Part shown: piece by piece, positions 60,128 through 64,000 of the stretch
Layout of the letters: the number at the start of each line of letters is the position of its first letter
Position numbering within the stretch: position 1 is the stretch's first letter
Assembly: GCA_963514005.1 (NCBI GenBank)
Contig: OY740782.1
Span: forward strand, 43,896,001-43,960,000
Length of the DNA stretch: 64,000 nt
From: Raja brachyura
Lineage: Eukaryota
Direction of reading: 5' to 3'
Program-made: the position numbers and the translations under genes
The notes under the pieces: generated by a model
The model's database searches: none
The model's input: the letters and a program-made list of their open reading frames with translations, nothing else
What the model was told of the DNA's origin: nothing

Positions 60128-60840
60128 ACGTAGCAATGTTACAAAATTTTGAGATTTAAAAAATCAAGTCTGCAATTTATCCCATCAGATAAAGCATAAA
60201 AAAAAGTTTGACACCTAATTCACTTTCATATCTTCAGTATTAAGAAAGTTATGACCATTTTCATACTTGGAAATTAGCATCTTGTTCCCCATTGCCTTTC
60301 AATTGACTTAACTAAAAAGCTGTGATCTAGAACCGTTAAAAGCCCATAACTTTCTTAAAAATTAAGAGAACTCAGTGAAATTTTCAGTTATTATAGATTG
60401 AAGCATTCTGAAACAAATATGAAACAATCTTACTTGGATGACCTGAAATTAAAGCATATAATTAGTTAGTTATCTAATTGTAACTAATTACAAAATTCAA
60501 TGAGTAGATCTAAACATCTATCCATTTCATAAGAAAAGATAAACTTTTTTTTAAATTGCCTAAGTGTCCAAATAACATTCACACAATAATCCACAATATA
60601 ACATAATTTTTAAATCTCATTTTCATGAATTTCTGGGCCAAATGGAAGGAATTTAGTGTTTAATGCCTGTAAATTAATGGCTATTTAAATCAACTAGCGA
60701 GTGGGTTTTAGTGGAATGCGGTGGATTGGAACGTTGTGGTTTGCGGTGAAGTCGGGAGGAAAAATACTGTTGGTTCATACATTTTCTTTGGACCCCATTT
60801 CGCAACATGAAAATATTATTAAAGCCTCAATAAAAACCAA
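60128..60840. mobile_element. Unclassified AT-rich non-coding insertion, probably a non-autonomous DNA transposon
   Basis: Starts where the CR1 tail breaks; internal inverted pair AAAGTTATG (about 60245) and CATAACTTT (about 60345); the far end is not visible because L1 follows. Confidence 0.4.
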
Positions 60841-60841
60841 C

Positions 60842-63800
60842 TTTTTTTTTTTTGAATATATTTTTATTAGAGGCCATACATATAACAAATAATATAGCAT
60901 TTTTTTCCAAATATAGTTGATACATCTTTCCAAAATTATATAAATGTTAACAAAATATATATATTGGCCTCACTTTTTTTTATAGAGTGAAAAAAGTATA
61001 AAGAAAGAATAGTGAATAATTATAAGAGTATGATTATAGTTGATTAATATAAAGAAGAGAGAGAAGAAAAAAAAATAATAAAATAAAATAAACAAAAACA
61101 AAAAACAAAAACAAAAAAAATACTTGTGGAAAAGAAAACGGTATACAACTTATCAATGAGTGGAACAATTTCTAATTATAATATATAGAGACAAGTATAT
61201 AAATCTGATCTTAAACATTTTTGTTTGATCTTTCCACCGGGTACTCATTGAGTTTCGATGCTGAGCCCAGCTACCCCTTCATATAATCAGTGAATGGAGA
61301 CCATATTTGTTCAAAAATCTCAGGTTTATCCATTAGGATAAATCTAATTCTCTCCAATTGTAATGTCTCCAACATTTCCACTGTCCACATTTTAATTGTC
61401 GGGGATAATGGTCCCTTCCAAAATTGTAATATTAATTTTTTTCCAATTATTAAATAGTAATCCAGAAAATTTCTTTGATTTACTGTTAAAATTTGAGTTG
61501 AATCTAAAACCCCAAATATAATTAATTTTGAGTCAGGGCTTAATGTGATCTTTAAAACTGTGGAAATAATTTTAAAAATCTCAGTCCAATAACTTTTAAG
61601 TTTTGTACATATTACAAAACTATGATTTAAAGCGGCTTCTATGTGCTGACATTTATCACATAATGGTGATATAGTAGGAAAAATTCTATTTAATTTCTTT
61701 TTTGAGTAGTGTAATCTATGTATTACTTTGAATTGTATCAAAGTATGTCTGGCATTTAACGAACAGCGATGAATTCGTTGTAAGCTTTCTTCCCATAAAT
61801 CTTCTGTTATAGGTAAACCAATTTCATTTTCCCATTTTTGTCGGAATAGTTCCGTTTTTGGCATTTCCCCGTCCAAAAAAATATTTTATATATATATATG
61901 CTATTAATTTTTCTGTTGTTGGATGCTTGTTAAGTACTTCATCCAGTATACCTGGCTCTCTATTTCTGTAATTTAGCGTATTTAATTTGACATAATCTCT
62001 AATTTGTAAATATCTAAATAGATTATTTGCTTGCAGTCCATAAATCTCTTTCAACTCCTGGAATGAGAGGAATTTCCCATTCCTGTAAAGATGTTCTATC
62101 CTTATTATTCCTAAGTTTTTCCAATGTCTAAACCCCACATCCAATGTCGAAGGTTTAAACATAGGATTATTCATAATTGGTACACAAAGTGGTATAGTTT
62201 CTAAATGTAAAGTCTTAATGATTTGTTTCCAGGTACGTATATTATTTAAAATTATAGGGTTTTCCTTATATAATTTTTTTTGTACCACCCCAGGGGCAAG
62301 GAGTATTGTGCTTATGTCGAAAGGGAAACAATCTTCCTTTTCAATTCTTAACCAAGCTGGGTCGTGTTCCATCTGTATCAACCAATAATTAAAGTTCTTA
62401 ATCTGAACCGCCCAAAAATAATATTAAAAATTAGGTAAAGCTAATCCACCATTTATCTTAGATTTACATAAGTGTGTTTTACTTATTCTATGATTTTTGT
62501 AATCCCAAATGAAGCTATTAACTATAGAATCAATTAAAAAAAAAAAATTTTTAGGAAGATATAACGGAATGGCTTGAAATAAATATAGTAATTGAGGCAG
62601 AAAAATCATTTTAATGGCATTTATTCTACCGATCATTGATATCGGTAATGTTTTCCAATATAAAATATTTGTTTTTAATTTATTTAATAATTGAGGAAAA
62701 TTAGATTTAAATAAAGAATTATAAGATTTTGATACATTCATTCCAAGATATTTAATTTGATTATTAGCTATTTTAAATGGAAATTTTTGTAATTTATTCA
62801 ATTTAATTCCTGTTATAGGCATAATTTCACTTTTGTTCCAGTTAATTCTATATCCTGAGAACTCACTAAATTCATTTATCACTTCAAGTACTTTAGGGAT
62901 GCTAACCTCTGGTTTTGTTATATACAATAAAACATTATCTGCATATAAAGATATTTTATTAATTGTAGTTTTAGTATTATATCCATAAATTTCTGGTTCT
63001 ACTCTAATCCTTTCGGCTAATAATTCTATAGCGAGTGCAAATAGTAACGGTGATAACGGGCAACCTTGTCTACAACCCCTAGAAAGATTGAATTTTGCTG
63101 ATAACATTTGGTTTGTTATGATTCTTGCTGTTGGGCCTGAATATAAAATTCTAACCCATTTGCAAAATCCTTCTCCCAGTTGAAATTTCTGCATTATCCT
63201 AAATAAATAAGGCCATTCAACCTGGTCAAACGCCTTCTCCGCATCCAGGGATATAACTGCTAGTTCAACATCAGTCATTCTTTTCGAGTAGATAATATTA
63301 AACAGACGTCTTAAGTAGAATAACGTTTAGGAATAAAACCTGTTTGATCATGATGTATTAATCTATTGATCACTAAACTTAACCGTTGAGATAAAATTTT
63401 TGTTAATATTTTTTGATCTGTATTTAAAAGAGCTTTTGCTCTGTATGATCCTGGGTCTTCTGGATCTTTGTCTGCCTTAGGAATAAGTGTAATTGTGGAT
63501 TCTTTTAAGGTTTCATGAAGTTGTTCTTGTTCGTAGGCAACTTTGTACATAATTTGTAACCATGGGACGATCAAATCATGAAACTTCTTATAAAATTCAA
63601 CCCCCAAACCATCGGGTCCTGCAGCTTTACCATTCTTCAATGATCTAATTGATTCCTCAATATCTTTTGCTGATATTTCGGCATCTAATAATTCTCTACC
63701 TTCCCGATCTAATCCATTAATGTTACATTTCTGGAGAAACGTTTCTATTGTCTCGGGTTGATCCGTCACTTTTGATGTATATAGTTTTTGATAGTATTGT

Positions 63801-64000
63801 TGAAATCTATCATTAATATCTTTTGGTAAAGTTAATATATCTCCTTGTTCAGATTTGACCTTATATATCATTTTTTCTTCTTCTGTTTTTCTTAGTTGCC
63901 GAGCTAACAATTTATGCAGTTTATCCCCAAATTCAAAATGTATTTGTTTGGTCTTTTGAAAAAGTTTAATAACGTACTTTGAATGTATCTCATTTAATTT
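60842..64000 (-). mobile_element. L1-clade LINE (fish-type), ORF2 3' part, 3' UTR and poly(A); continues beyond the window
   Basis: ORF pieces 'KAAGPDG...QTGFIPKR', 'SLDAEKAFD...GCRQGCPLSP...LYADNV...KYLG', Cys/His 'HRLHY...CDKC...NHSFVIC'; AATAAA (63-68 of 608xx: 60863-60868) and T12 at 60842-60853. Confidence 0.95.

Overview
This is vertebrate, AT-rich, repeat-dense non-coding DNA. The repeat set (HE1-type tRNA-derived SINEs, HER1/CR1 LINEs, Penelope-like elements, Rex1/Babar, L2, RTE, fish-type L1) points to a cartilaginous fish, probably a skate or ray (inference from recalled repeat families, no search run). I found no recognisable host protein-coding exon, rRNA, tRNA or CRISPR array. 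Every ORF I can identify is a broken transposon gene: L1 ORF2, CR1 ORF1 esterase and ORF2, Rex1 RT, L2, Penelope RT plus GIY-YIG, and a hAT/CGGBP-like transposase. The structures most worth following up are: (1) Penelope-derived fold-back elements carrying a minimal hammerhead-ribozyme motif on both strands; (2) several non-autonomous Helitrons with A|TC...CTAG|T ends, one with a precisely reconstructable empty site; (3) PIF/Harbinger MITEs with TWA target duplications; (4) repeated local templated insertions, including about 130 bp of flank captured inside a Penelope fold-back; (5) candidate + strand microexons, together with an antisense bias of the long retroelements that suggests a large intron; (6) an E-box-dense candidate enhancer. 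Boundaries of degenerate repeats are approximate and were read by eye.
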